DNA of 64,000 nt from Candidatus Bathyarchaeota archaeon (lineage in GTDB: Archaea; Thermoproteota; Bathyarchaeia; Bathyarchaeales; DTEX01), in assembly GCA_963714275.1 (NCBI GenBank), contig CAVQNT010000002.1, positions 32,001 through 96,000 on the forward strand, written 5' to 3'. The translations under genes were made by a program, and so were the position numbers. The notes under the pieces were generated by a model, which had not been told where the DNA came from, ran no database searches, and saw nothing but the letters and a program-made list of their open reading frames with translations. Shown in pieces: positions 18,984 through 28,656 of this stretch. The first letter of the stretch is position 1. Each line of letters begins with the position of its first letter.

Positions 18984-20327
18984 TCAGAGGTATTTCTCCA
19001 GGTTGATTTCTTGGTAGCCGGGGATAGAGATCGGCTTAAACTCCTTCTGCAAGCCACCCAAAGGGGCAGTGGCATCCATGCCCAATTTGGTCCCAACTCC
19101 CCCCGAACAGGATGGGTCGAGGAGGGAGCTTTGGGTTTTTGGGATGACCAGCAAATCGCGGTCTCCCTGAAATCGGGTAGCGATGGCCCATTCGACCTGC
19201 TCCATATCGAAGATGTCGATATCCTCATTGACCACGACTACGTGCTTGATGTCGGCATTGTTGCTCATGGCTGCGAGCATGGCCATACGAGCTTCCCCTT
19301 CGTTATCCTTGGCTAAGGAGATAATTAAATGATACCGACAGGTCCCGCCGAAAGTTAAATGTACTTGACGCACCGAGGGAACAGCCCGCTGTACGTCGGC
19401 CAGGATGCTGGCCTCCCGGGGAATAGCCCCCAGGAGAAGGTGTTCGCGGGACGCGGGAAGGATTGAGTAGAAAAGAGGGTCCTTCCTGTAGCAGATGGCC
19501 TTTAGCTTGAAGATAGGTCGCGGAGCCTCCGGGCTATAATACCGGGGGAATTCGCCGAAGGGCCCCTCCACTCTCGTTTGCGAGGGGTCAATGATTCCTT
19601 CGAGTACAATCTCCGAATCAACAGGGACTTCCACATCCACGCTGGCGCATCGTGCCAGCCTCAACGGAGATGAAGGACGCAGGGCATTGGCCACTTCCAG
19701 TTCATCGACGCCGAAAGGCAGAATCGCCTGTGAAGCCAGCAGGGTGAAAGGATCGACTCCGATGGCTACAGCCACCTCCAGGGGCTGTTGCATCTGAACG
19801 GATTCCTGCAGGCACAGATTTAGGTGGCGCGGGAGGATCAGCAAGCCTAGGAGGTTGTCGTTAAATACCCGGAGGCGATGGATGGAGGCGTTGCGAATCC
19901 CCGTTTCCGGGTCTTTGGCGACGAGAACTCCACCGGTGATATAAGGCCCGGCATCCCTTTCGTGGTAGGTGGGAATGGGAAAAATCTGCAAAGGGTTAAG
20001 ATTTTTGGTGAGCACATTCTCCTGAAAGGGGGCGCTCTCTCCCACCTCGCAGGGATGCGGATTTTCCATAGCTCTCCTGAGATTGGGGATAAAGTTTCCT
20101 TCGGCGATTTCCAGGGCCGCCGCCAGAGCTTTCCGGGAGAAGCAGAGATTTGTCACCAAGGGAATCGAATACCCCGAAACTTGCTCGAAAAATACACTCT
20201 TCTCTTTTTCCAGCTTTTTGGTGATGGCCCCGAGGACATATTGAGGATTTACCGGCTTGGGAATCCGGGAGAGCCACCCCTTTTTATCCCAGGTTGCCAA
20301 CCACGAACGGAAATTTTCCCCTACCAT
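18984..20327 (-). CDS. UbiD-family prFMN-dependent (de)carboxylase
   Basis: HERDAGPYIT, RNASIHR, EIVLEG, EGPFGEF, VEWAIATR, TKLGMDAT. Confidence 0.93.
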   Translation of the reverse strand: MVGENFRSWLATWDKKGWLSRIPKPVNPQYVLGAITKKLEKEKSVFFEQVSGYSIPLVTNLCFSRKALAAALEIAEGNFIPNLRRAMENPHPCEVGESAPFQENVLTKNLNPLQIFPIPTYHERDAGPYITGGVLVAKDPETGIRNASIHRLRVFNDNLLGLLILPRHLNLCLQESVQMQQPLEVAVAIGVDPFTLLASQAILPFGVDELEVANALRPSSPLRLARCASVDVEVPVDSEIVLEGIIDPSQTRVEGPFGEFPRYYSPEAPRPIFKLKAICYRKDPLFYSILPASREHLLLGAIPREASILADVQRAVPSVRQVHLTFGGTCRYHLIISLAKDNEGEARMAMLAAMSNNADIKHVVVVNEDIDIFDMEQVEWAIATRFQGDRDLLVIPKTQSSLLDPSCSGGVGTKLGMDATAPLGGLQKEFKPISIPGYQEINLEKYL

Positions 20328-20344
20328 AAGGTTCCTTCTCCCTT

Positions 20345-21439
20345 CTAATCATATAGGGCCTGAGGAAGGTTAGAGAGCTTGGTATAGCCATGCGATTGAA
20401 TCACAATCTGATCTTCCACCCGGATGCCTCCAATCCGGCGGAGGTAAGCTGTGGTCTGAAACATGGCCACGACCATGCCGGGCTGCAAAACATCCTGGCC
20501 ATTTTTCAAAATGACTGGGAAAAATTCAGACTGGCGAAGACCGCTGCCGTATCCAATATCCGCTGGAATATAGCGGGCGTACCCATCCTCAGCCAGGATT
20601 CGCTCTGCTGCGGCGTAAACATGGCCGCTCAGAGTACCAGGCCGGGCAGCCTGAAAAGCAGCTTCCTGGGCCCGCAAGAGGATCTTTAAGAATTTCTTTT
20701 GCTCAGCCGAGGGCTTGCCCATGAACGCGGTCCGGCAAAGGTCTGATGAATATCCCTTATGCTTCGCTCCCAAATCAATCACTACCACATCTCTTTTACC
20801 GATCTTTCTTCGGGAGGCATAAGGATGGGCCAAGAGGGTCCTGGGACCGGAAGCCACCAGAGTGCCAAAGGCCACTCCTTCGCTCCCTGCTTTGCGCATG
20901 GCATATTCGGCCTCGGCAGCAATGTCGATCTCTGTGACTCCCGGCTTCACCGCTGCCAAGGCCGCTATCATTCCCGCTTCCGCCATGGCCATCGCTTTCT
21001 TGAGGTAACGGATTTCCTCCGGGGTTTTGATGGCCCGCATCTCATCCAGGGCACGGGTAATCGAAACAAAATTAACCTGAGGAAAAGCGCCCTGGAGGCT
21101 CTCCAGGATTCGGGCCGTCATATAGTCTTTCTCGATGCCGATAGAGCGGGGAGGATTCAAGTTTTTCCGGATCAGACCGGTCATTTTCTCGGCCATGGAG
21201 GATTCCGGAAACTGGTAGCCCTCGACTCTTTGAAGGGAACTCTCCTTCTTCACTTCGGAACCATCCAGCCAGATACAAACTTGAATGGGCGGAGAATCAC
21301 GAAAAATCAAGAGGCCCGAGCATACCGGGGCAGATCCTGACAAGTACATAACATCATGGGGTTTCAGGACCACGGAAACATCAATCCCCTGGCTCTCCAT
21401 CCAATTGCGAAACTGTTCGATTTTATCGTTCATCCCCAA
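20345..21439 (-). CDS. M24 (Xaa-Pro peptidase/creatinase-fold) protein with altered metal site
   Basis: RAIKTPEEI, IDLGA..GYSSDLCRT, GIRVED; His motif reads DIGYGSG and the EPG Glu is replaced (MFQTT). Confidence 0.82.
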   Translation of the reverse strand: MGMNDKIEQFRNWMESQGIDVSVVLKPHDVMYLSGSAPVCSGLLIFRDSPPIQVCIWLDGSEVKKESSLQRVEGYQFPESSMAEKMTGLIRKNLNPPRSIGIEKDYMTARILESLQGAFPQVNFVSITRALDEMRAIKTPEEIRYLKKAMAMAEAGMIAALAAVKPGVTEIDIAAEAEYAMRKAGSEGVAFGTLVASGPRTLLAHPYASRRKIGKRDVVVIDLGAKHKGYSSDLCRTAFMGKPSAEQKKFLKILLRAQEAAFQAARPGTLSGHVYAAAERILAEDGYARYIPADIGYGSGLRQSEFFPVILKNGQDVLQPGMVVAMFQTTAYLRRIGGIRVEDQIVIQSHGYTKLSNLPQALYD

Positions 21440-21467
21440 ACCCCCTGTTTGGCAAATTGTTGCGAAA

Positions 21468-21773
21468 TAGGATTATTGTTAAGATGCAGAAATTGGCGTA
21501 ATAAAATCGGTTCCAGGGTCCGGAGGCCAATGCGATTCGCTTGGCATCATAAGGCACTGGTTTTTCCATGGATAGGGCCGGAAGATGCACCCAGCGTCCC
21601 TTTGCGGACCCCAATCACCGTCTTTGGGTAGCCTTTTTCCCGGCCGATGCTGTCCCGCCATGGCGGGACTCATCGCCTTGGCCCCCCGACATCGGCACGG
21701 GCAGTCCCAGACAAAAAGAATGATCCATGATCCGCACTTTTTTATAGCGCCAATTTCCTTAACGAAGTACTAG
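21468..21773. mobile_element. Probable MITE/IS scar between the nadC-like and M24 genes
   Basis: IR GAAATTGGCGTAATAAAA (21489-21506) vs TTTTATAGCGCCAATTTC (21740-21757), 16/18, extended by GTTAAG/CTTAAC. Confidence 0.55.
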
Positions 21774-21787
21774 ATAAAGAATTTCCC

Positions 21788-22630
21788 TTAAGGGGTTTTG
21801 ACTACATCGTAAGTCAATTCCAGCCAAGGAGCGTCCAGGATGGCGGCTCCAATATCCAGGATGTCCACCCCTTTTTCCGCCAGCGTGGGAATCTCCTCCA
21901 GCTTGATCCCCCCGGAAAAAGCAATTTTTGCTTGACGGGGAGTTCCCTTTTCCTTTAAGACCTTAAAGACATCCTCCAAGTCTTGCCATGAGCCCGTATC
22001 TACCATCAGGATCTGCGCCCCGAGGTTGATAGCCTGTTGGGCTTCTTCAGCGATGGGCGAAAATTCTCCCCGTAATTGGATGACCTTGAGCAGGGAAGAA
22101 GAGGATACCGCCTGGAGCGTCCGGGAGATCCCTCCAAAGATGCGCACATAATTTTTATCCAGGTAGATGAAGGGTTCCTCGACGATGCGATGGGCAATCC
22201 CCCCGGCAGCCACTGCCTCCCAGATGTTCTCTTTGATTGGAAAAGGGTGCTTCTTCCATCCGCCACTGACCAGGCGAATTTTTCCGGCAGCAAGCCTTTT
22301 GGCTCTTTGCGCAGCTGAGGCTATGCCTGAAGGCTTGGCGATCAGGCCGATTACCAGGTTCTCGAATTTGACGATTTGCTCGGGTGTTCCCACGAACTGT
22401 CCGATCTCTTCGCCTTCCGCCAAAGCTTCCCCGCTCTGTTTCTTCCAGCTGGCGTTAAGTCCCAGCGCTTCGGCTGCCCTTTGCGCAAAAGGAATTCCGG
22501 CTACCGATCCGGAATCTTTGGAACGTAAAAATGCTTTCAGACGACGATCTGAGATGCTCTGAAAGATTCTCGCATAGAATGGATCTTCTATTACCCAATC
22601 GGTAATGAGCGTATCGTACCCCTTCATCAC
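21788..22630 (-). CDS. NadC/ModD-like type II phosphoribosyltransferase (non-canonical)
   Basis: G..AG, EN...G...SGIAS, AHR, LMVDT, FSGGI, GVDILDIG; TRKT replaced by GWKK and KDNH by DKNY. Confidence 0.8.
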   Translation of the reverse strand: MMKGYDTLITDWVIEDPFYARIFQSISDRRLKAFLRSKDSGSVAGIPFAQRAAEALGLNASWKKQSGEALAEGEEIGQFVGTPEQIVKFENLVIGLIAKPSGIASAAQRAKRLAAGKIRLVSGGWKKHPFPIKENIWEAVAAGGIAHRIVEEPFIYLDKNYVRIFGGISRTLQAVSSSSLLKVIQLRGEFSPIAEEAQQAINLGAQILMVDTGSWQDLEDVFKVLKEKGTPRQAKIAFSGGIKLEEIPTLAEKGVDILDIGAAILDAPWLELTYDVVKTP

Positions 22631-22658
22631 TGGTTATTCACCCGAAGGATTTCGGCCG

Positions 22659-23555
22659 TCATCCATGCGCTCTCCATTTTCCCCTCAAGGCGGAAGCGAT
22701 ATGCTCGGCCATTTGCTTTTCGTCCCATCCTTTGTCCAGGCCCTCAAGAAGCTGGTCGAGCCCTATCTGCACCTCCCGGGTGGGTCCCGGCAGAGCAACG
22801 AGCCAGGAGATTCCCAATTTCCCCACGGCGATCCGGACCCCGTCTTTGACGTGCCTCCCTGTTCCCGGCTCGAATTTCACGATATAAGGCGTGGCCGCAG
22901 ACGGATCTACCCGGAGCAGACCTTCGACGGTGCAGTCTTTCTCTTCCGCTCCCACGCCTCCAGAGGTAAGGATGAGCCCGAATCCCTCATCCAAGGCTCT
23001 TTGCAGCCGGTAGGCGATGGTCCCAACATGATCGGGCAACACGCCCCCAGGATAAACTGTATAACCCTCTCTCCTGAGGCGGTCTTCGATCAAAGGGAAA
23101 TTGGTATCTGCGATCAAACCTTTTTGCACCTCAAATCCCGTGGAAAAAACGATCGCTCTTCTGGCCACTCGTCTGCGGATCTCCTCTCCCATCTGCTGAG
23201 CTTTTTCCAGGGCTGGTCCATAATCAGTTTGGTCTAGGCAGACCCAGCCCAGAGCGCCCTCCGAGTGCAAAGAGGCTTCCTCGGAGAGGGTAACCCCCGG
23301 AACCTCTGCGACCCGCCGCAAGATCTCCTGACCCTTCCCGGCGATCTGGCTGGCCTTGAGAATTTGGCGGAGGATATCAAGAACAATGTGGTCATCCCGT
23401 ACATCCACCACCAGCACTTCATTCGGTTCGAGCTCCAGAACCCCGGCTACCTGATGGGCGATGTCGTCGAGGCGAGCATTCTTAAGGGAGATACCCTTGA
23501 TCCAGAGCTCGGTTTTTTGCAGAAGATTGATTTCCAGATCTTTTTCTTTGTCCAA
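22659..23555 (-). CDS. Molybdopterin-binding (MoCF/MoeA-C/CinA-N-like) domain protein with N-terminal extension
   Basis: FSTGFEV..G.IADTN, VLPD, LTSGGVG....DCT, ALPGP. Confidence 0.78.
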   Translation of the reverse strand: MDKEKDLEINLLQKTELWIKGISLKNARLDDIAHQVAGVLELEPNEVLVVDVRDDHIVLDILRQILKASQIAGKGQEILRRVAEVPGVTLSEEASLHSEGALGWVCLDQTDYGPALEKAQQMGEEIRRRVARRAIVFSTGFEVQKGLIADTNFPLIEDRLRREGYTVYPGGVLPDHVGTIAYRLQRALDEGFGLILTSGGVGAEEKDCTVEGLLRVDPSAATPYIVKFEPGTGRHVKDGVRIAVGKLGISWLVALPGPTREVQIGLDQLLEGLDKGWDEKQMAEHIASALRGKWRAHG

Positions 23556-23604
23556 AAATGTGGTCTTTCTTTTTCCTTGCCTCTCCGGTAAGCCGCTAAG
23601 CCTC

Positions 23605-24591
23605 TTAAGGCATCCAGCCCTTCTCTTTAAAATATTTCTCCGCCCCGGGATGGAGCGGCAGGCCCAGGTTTTCTGGTTTCCATCCCACCTGGGGTTTGAA
23701 CGGCTTCAAACCTGCATGTCCCTTGGACAGGAATTCCTGGTTGTCGCAGATGATCTTCGTCACTGCATATGCCTGCTCGTTGGACAGTGCGTCCGTAGTA
23801 ATCAGCGAGGTGGTGGTCCCTACGGTCGGTATTTTTGTGTTCTGCCCCTTGAACGTCCCGGCGGGAATGGATGCCGGGAACCAGCCGAATCTCGTAAGTT
23901 TTTTGATGACTTCATCGCTGAGTCCGATGAAGGTCACATCGCAGGTAATGGCAATTTCACTCATCGCCGGGTGGCCGGCCGTAACCACCTGCATAAAGAG
24001 ATCGGCCTGGGCCTCCATAAGCATCTTCGAAATCACACCGAAAGAAGTATGAGTGACCTTCCCGCCGAAGGATTCGATGTCCTTGTAAGTAGCACCGATA
24101 GCTTCGGTTATCTGCCGGTTTGCAAACTCCCCCAGGCTTCCCCGGGTGACCGTCACCAGGTGGATGGGCATTTTTTTATTGGGGATATCGGGGAGAGAAG
24201 TGATTTGGGATTTCCGGGTAACTACGATGCCGACGTAATATTCGTCAAACCCTCCAATTAAACCTCGAAGGTTCGTCATTTTTTTATCGTAGGCCACATG
24301 GCCATCGAAGGCCCATCTACCCGTAACCGGGAAACCAAAACCCAGCTCTGAATCCCCTTTAGAGACAAGGTTCATGTTACCCACCCCTCCGGCGTAAGGG
24401 AGGACGTCGATTGTAGAGCCTTTCGGCAACTCTTTGCGCAGGATGTTCGCCATCAGGCCCCCATATACATACCAGGAGCTTCCCAATTCCAAGGTGGCGA
24501 TTCTCAGTTTTTGCGGCTCCAGGGCCCAAGAAGGTTGAACGGTAAGAATGAAAAATGCCATTAAAATGAAAATGATTTTTCCTTTCATCAT
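23605..24591 (-). CDS. TAXI-family TRAP solute-binding protein
   Basis: Signal peptide, IAT...GSSWYVYG, GGVGN, IPAGTF, LPLHPGAEKYFKEKG. Confidence 0.9.
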   Translation of the reverse strand: MMKGKIIFILMAFFILTVQPSWALEPQKLRIATLELGSSWYVYGGLMANILRKELPKGSTIDVLPYAGGVGNMNLVSKGDSELGFGFPVTGRWAFDGHVAYDKKMTNLRGLIGGFDEYYVGIVVTRKSQITSLPDIPNKKMPIHLVTVTRGSLGEFANRQITEAIGATYKDIESFGGKVTHTSFGVISKMLMEAQADLFMQVVTAGHPAMSEIAITCDVTFIGLSDEVIKKLTRFGWFPASIPAGTFKGQNTKIPTVGTTTSLITTDALSNEQAYAVTKIICDNQEFLSKGHAGLKPFKPQVGWKPENLGLPLHPGAEKYFKEKGWMP

Positions 24592-24669
24592 TTCCTCCTC
24601 TTTTCCTTCTTAAAAGATTTTCCCTGCCTTAATCCAGTGATTCGGTAAATAACCCGCGTCATAATCCTA

Positions 24670-25489
24670 CTAAGCAAATTTCATCTTCACATCTCCCAGA
24701 AGCCCAAAATCAGCCCGGATGAAATCTCCGGCGCCACCGGCACCGCCGCGGTCAGGGACCCGGAGAGAATTACTTCTCCTTTGCGCAGAGTGATTCCATA
24801 AACCGCAAGCTTGTTGGCCAGCCAAGCTACGGCTTGGGCGGGATGGCCGAGGACTGCAGCCCCGGCTGCAGTGGCTACTACCTCGCCATTCTTCTCCAAA
24901 ATCATGCCCACGGTACGGAGGTCTAAAGCCCAGATCGGGGTGAGGACTCCCCCGAGAACGATCCGGGCGCTGGAGGCATTGTCGGCCACGGTGTCTGGAA
25001 GCTTGATCTTCCAATCTACGATCCGGCTGTCGATGATCTCCAGGGCTGGAATCACCCCTTCGCTGCATCGGATTACATCCGTCAGAGTGATCCCTGGCCC
25101 TCTCAGGTCTTCCTTCAGTACGAAAGCCAGCTCCCCTCGATGCGTGGTTGAATCAGGTCTTTGGCTGGAATCTTTTCTCCTTCCATCACCACCATTCCAT
25201 CCAGGATGTGACCATAGTCTGGCTCATCCACTCCGAGCATGGCCTGCATGGCCCGGCTGGTGATGCCGATTTTCTTGCCAACCACCACTTGGCCGGAGCT
25301 CTTTTTCATTTCCATGACTTTAAGCTGGATGCGGTAGGCATCGTCCACGGAAATTCCCGGGTCCGATTCCGTGAGCGGAGAAACAGGCTTCCGGTTTTTC
25401 TCAGCCGCCAGCAGCATTTCGGCCAAAGTTTTCATCGTCGACTTTTCAATCCATGGGTGCCCATAATTCTTTTGAATAGGACAATTCAT
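24670..25489 (-). CDS. 2-keto-4-pentenoate hydratase (MhpD)/4-oxalocrotonate decarboxylase family; several indels
   Basis: DAYRIQ, GKKIGITSRAMQ, EPDYG, QPRIE, PALEIIDSRI, DTVADNAS, AVAWLAN, ILSGS across ORFs 25115-25489 and 24687-25055. Confidence 0.87.
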
Positions 25490-25505
25490 TTCCCCTTAAG
25501 CTTTC

Positions 25506-26954
25506 TCAGGCCACTTGTTTGAGGATTTTTAAGTCAATATTTCTTTGCGCCAACCATTTGGGCATTAAAATCTTATCCACCCGTTCATTCACTTGCGAAG
25601 CGACCTGGCGTAGATGATCCGCCAGCGATCGGCTGACATTTACGCCCCCCGTAGCCCCATCGAAAATGATCACCTTGTCCGATTTTGTCGTACGGTAGGC
25701 GAATTCCATAGCCGTGGGCAAATTTTCTGACAGAAGGGCATGCTTCATATAATTCAGATTCATGGGGTCGCGGTTGAAGAGTTCTGCTTGTTCTCGGCCC
25801 ACCATGATGGTTGGCGTGTGTTCAGCAAAGAAAGTGGCTGGATAGCCTGTCCAGGCATAGTTGTGTACGACCATTTTAATTGCCGGGTTAACCGGTGGGA
25901 TGTCCGGAATCAATGGCCGGCCCCGATCATCATAGAAGGTCTCTGTATACCAGGTATATGGGGGTAGGGGGTTATCCAGGTCGAAGAGGTCTATGTTCGC
26001 ACCGACCATGTTGGCATAAATGACCCCTGCGGCAAATACGTAAGGCACCGGGCAAGGAAAATCCAGAATGACGATGCATTCATCAATGGCACTGAACAAG
26101 TTGATGATCTTGCCGTAATACTTCATTCCTCCCACGGTGGTCCGATTGTTGATGGCATACAGATCATTGTCGGCATCGATGGTCACAACCCCTGCGGGGG
26201 ACATAATCATAAAAATGGAGAACCCGTATTTGCTCTGGACGAATTCAGAATCGAAAATGGCCCGGGCCACGAAATTAGCCGCTCGGGGCCCCATATTCAT
26301 GTGGTAAGTAGAACGGGTTTCAGCCCGAGCATAGCTCATGCCAAAAGGCTTCACGGCCCGGTCCACCTGACGATGGAAATGAACCTCCCGCACGTCGCTG
26401 TTATGGGCATGAATGATCACATCGGCATCATAGGCCTGGCGAAGCCCGTAGAGGGTTCCCAAACAGGTCTGGATGGGAATACCGGCGTCGATGGGGGCTA
26501 TCCCTAAGGCTTTGCCTTTAAAATACTCATCCAGACCGTGGGCCTTGATATATTCTTCGGTTTCGCGGAAGCGCATTCCCAGACCGGCTCTCAGCCGAAC
26601 TTCCTTAGCCGGGGTTTCCCGTTCCACGATATCTTTGATCGTGCGGAGCATCTCGGCGTACGGTTTCCCTCCCAGAAATGTGAAACCATGGTGGGAGGCC
26701 AGAATGTTGACCGTGTTTCCAGGTTTGATCTTGGAGAAATCCACCCTGGCCAAGTGCGGCTTCAGTCTTTTCACGGATGACATTTTCCCCCTGGCCATCG
26801 GGGTAGATGACCTTTGGCATATCCGGAATCAATTCCTTCAAGGAGACGCTCGTCATTCCTTCCAATTCTGCACCTCGCCGGGCGACATATTTGGGGTCCA
26901 CCCCATACTGGGATGGGCGAGGGCTGGCAGGGGGAATGGTTTCTAGGCATACAT
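25506..26954 (-). CDS. Highly divergent LarA-fold protein (two probable indels near the 5' end)
   Basis: By-eye alignment to the 8549 LarA-like protein: PGNTVNILASHHG~AGQRVALTAGSRG, AYDADVII~ASQADWII, AVKPFGMSYARAETRSTYH~LMKMMAIGMGKQKGAEYYH; GGAGGT RBS before ATG 26954. Confidence 0.6.
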
Positions 26955-26988
26955 AGTGGCTACCTCCATGGGTTAAAGGTTATGAACC

Positions 26989-27604
26989 TCAGGACTTTAT
27001 GGGGGTGTTGACGATGCGATCCATGAGTTCACGGTCCTCAACAAAACGAAAAACGGGATGTTTTCTCTTGATCTCCGGCAGACACCTCCCAGACTGTTGT
27101 GGTTCGACCGTACCACTGATAAGCTTTCTTTGCGCCGTTCCGGGCCGAAAGCCGGCAGCCTCCAGAAAACGCTGGATCGGTTGGTTGCATTCGATCCCGC
27201 ATCCGGCCCCGATACCCGTCGCCAGAACCACAGCATCGGGGGTTTTGGCCCCGGCTAAAATGGCCGCAGCCAATTCTTCGGCCCGGCTGGCCGAACAGTA
27301 ACAAACCACCTGTTTGGGATGAAAACGAGCCTTGCGGCACAAAGCCTCGATTTCCTTATATTCAAACTGAGAAACATCGGTTTTAAAGGTATATGGGTCA
27401 CAAGGAATCATATTTATGGCATGCTCCGGACAACGTTGTTGACAGTTCCAACATCCGACACATCTATGGAGGTCGATTTCTACCCGGGGCTTTTCCGTCT
27501 TCTCTTCTGACTTTAATGGCATAAACCGGGCAAACCATTTCACAAGTTTTACATCCCTTGCAGAGCTCGTTGTTCACCTGGGCATGAACGCTGACGACTT
27601 TCAT
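26989..27604 (-). CDS. 2[4Fe-4S] + BFD-like [2Fe-2S] fusion protein (frameshifted)
   Basis: CKGCKTCEMVCP, CVGCWNCQQRCP, then VVCYC...GAGCGIEC. Confidence 0.8.
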
Positions 27605-28424
27605 TCCCCCTCCTTTCTCGCAAATTTTCGTTGAAGCCCAATCGCCGGGATATTTCCTGGGTTGTGTTTTTGACCATGGCAATGAGGGTTTCCACGTTCT
27701 TCTCTTTGATCCGATGGGCGGGCCCGGAGATGCTGAGGGCCGCGATTTCTTTTGAGAATAATCGAAGATAGGGGCTGCTACGGACATTAGACCTTCGCTG
27801 AACTCTTCGTTATCCAGGGCATACCTTGAGCCCGAATTTGAGCAAGGGCTTCCTTAGGGTTTCAGGGTCGGTGATAGTGTGGGAGGTGAACTTTTTGAGG
27901 GGCTTTTTTTTAAGAAAAATATTTAGTTCTTCGAGGGGATAGAGAGGCCAAGAGAACTTTACCGACACCGGTGCAATGAGCCGGAAGCCTCCCTCCAACC
28001 CGTGTTCCGATCCGCAAACTCTGAGGGCTTTCCACTTTATTAATATAGACGATTTCAAAATCATCCATCACCACCAAATGGATGGTTTCTTTCACTTTCT
28101 TATCTAACTCTTCCATGAATGGATGAGGGCCTCTTTTTGCAGGTCCATTTGAGATGCAACCAGTGATCCGAGTTCAAACAGGCGCAGCCCCAACTTATAC
28201 TTTCGGTTTTCTGCATTCTTTACCAGGTAGCAGTGGTTTTCCAAAGTGGAGAGGATCTTGGAAACTGTGGATTTGTTGATGCTCAGATCTTTACTGAGTT
28301 CTGTGACCCCCCATTCGGTACGGTTTCCATCGAAGCGGCTAAGGATATTCAATGCCTTTTCCAGCACTAAAATTGTGGAGGATGATTTTTGATCGGCCTT
28401 GAGTAAAGCGGTTTGAGGCAGCAT
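27601..28424 (-). CDS. IclR-family transcriptional regulator (split by indels; 3' end approximate)
   Basis: LEKALNIL...GVTELS...KSTV HTH; ETIHLVV, VGGRLPAHCTGVGKVLL, SVAAPIF. Confidence 0.87.
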
Positions 28425-28428
28425 TTTG

Positions 28429-28463
28429 GTTTCTATATAAGAAACACAAATTCTTATTAAGAA
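28429..28463. promoter_or_regulatory. Palindromic operator(s), probably for IclR autoregulation
   Basis: GTTTCT-ATATA-AGAAAC (28429-28445) and TTCTT-ATT-AAGAA (28451-28463), between the -10 box and the start codon. Confidence 0.6.
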
Positions 28464-28465
28464 GC

Positions 28466-28494
28466 ATTATATGGAGGGCGATTTTTAGTGTCAA
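28466..28494 (-). promoter_or_regulatory. Consensus sigma-70 promoter for the iclR-led cluster
   Basis: Minus strand TTGACA (28494-28489), 17-bp spacer, TATAAT (28471-28466). Confidence 0.8.
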
Positions 28495-28656
28495 CAAGAA
28501 AGTCGGGCGAGAATACGTTGTAAATAGACATGAGTAAATTGTCGAATTAGGAGTAAAATGGGTTCTTCGTGGGATTCCTGAAGGACGGATTGCAGTAAGC
28601 TAAAGCATAAGTGAACCAACAAGCGAAAATCCATTGGCGGTTCGTAAATAAAATAA

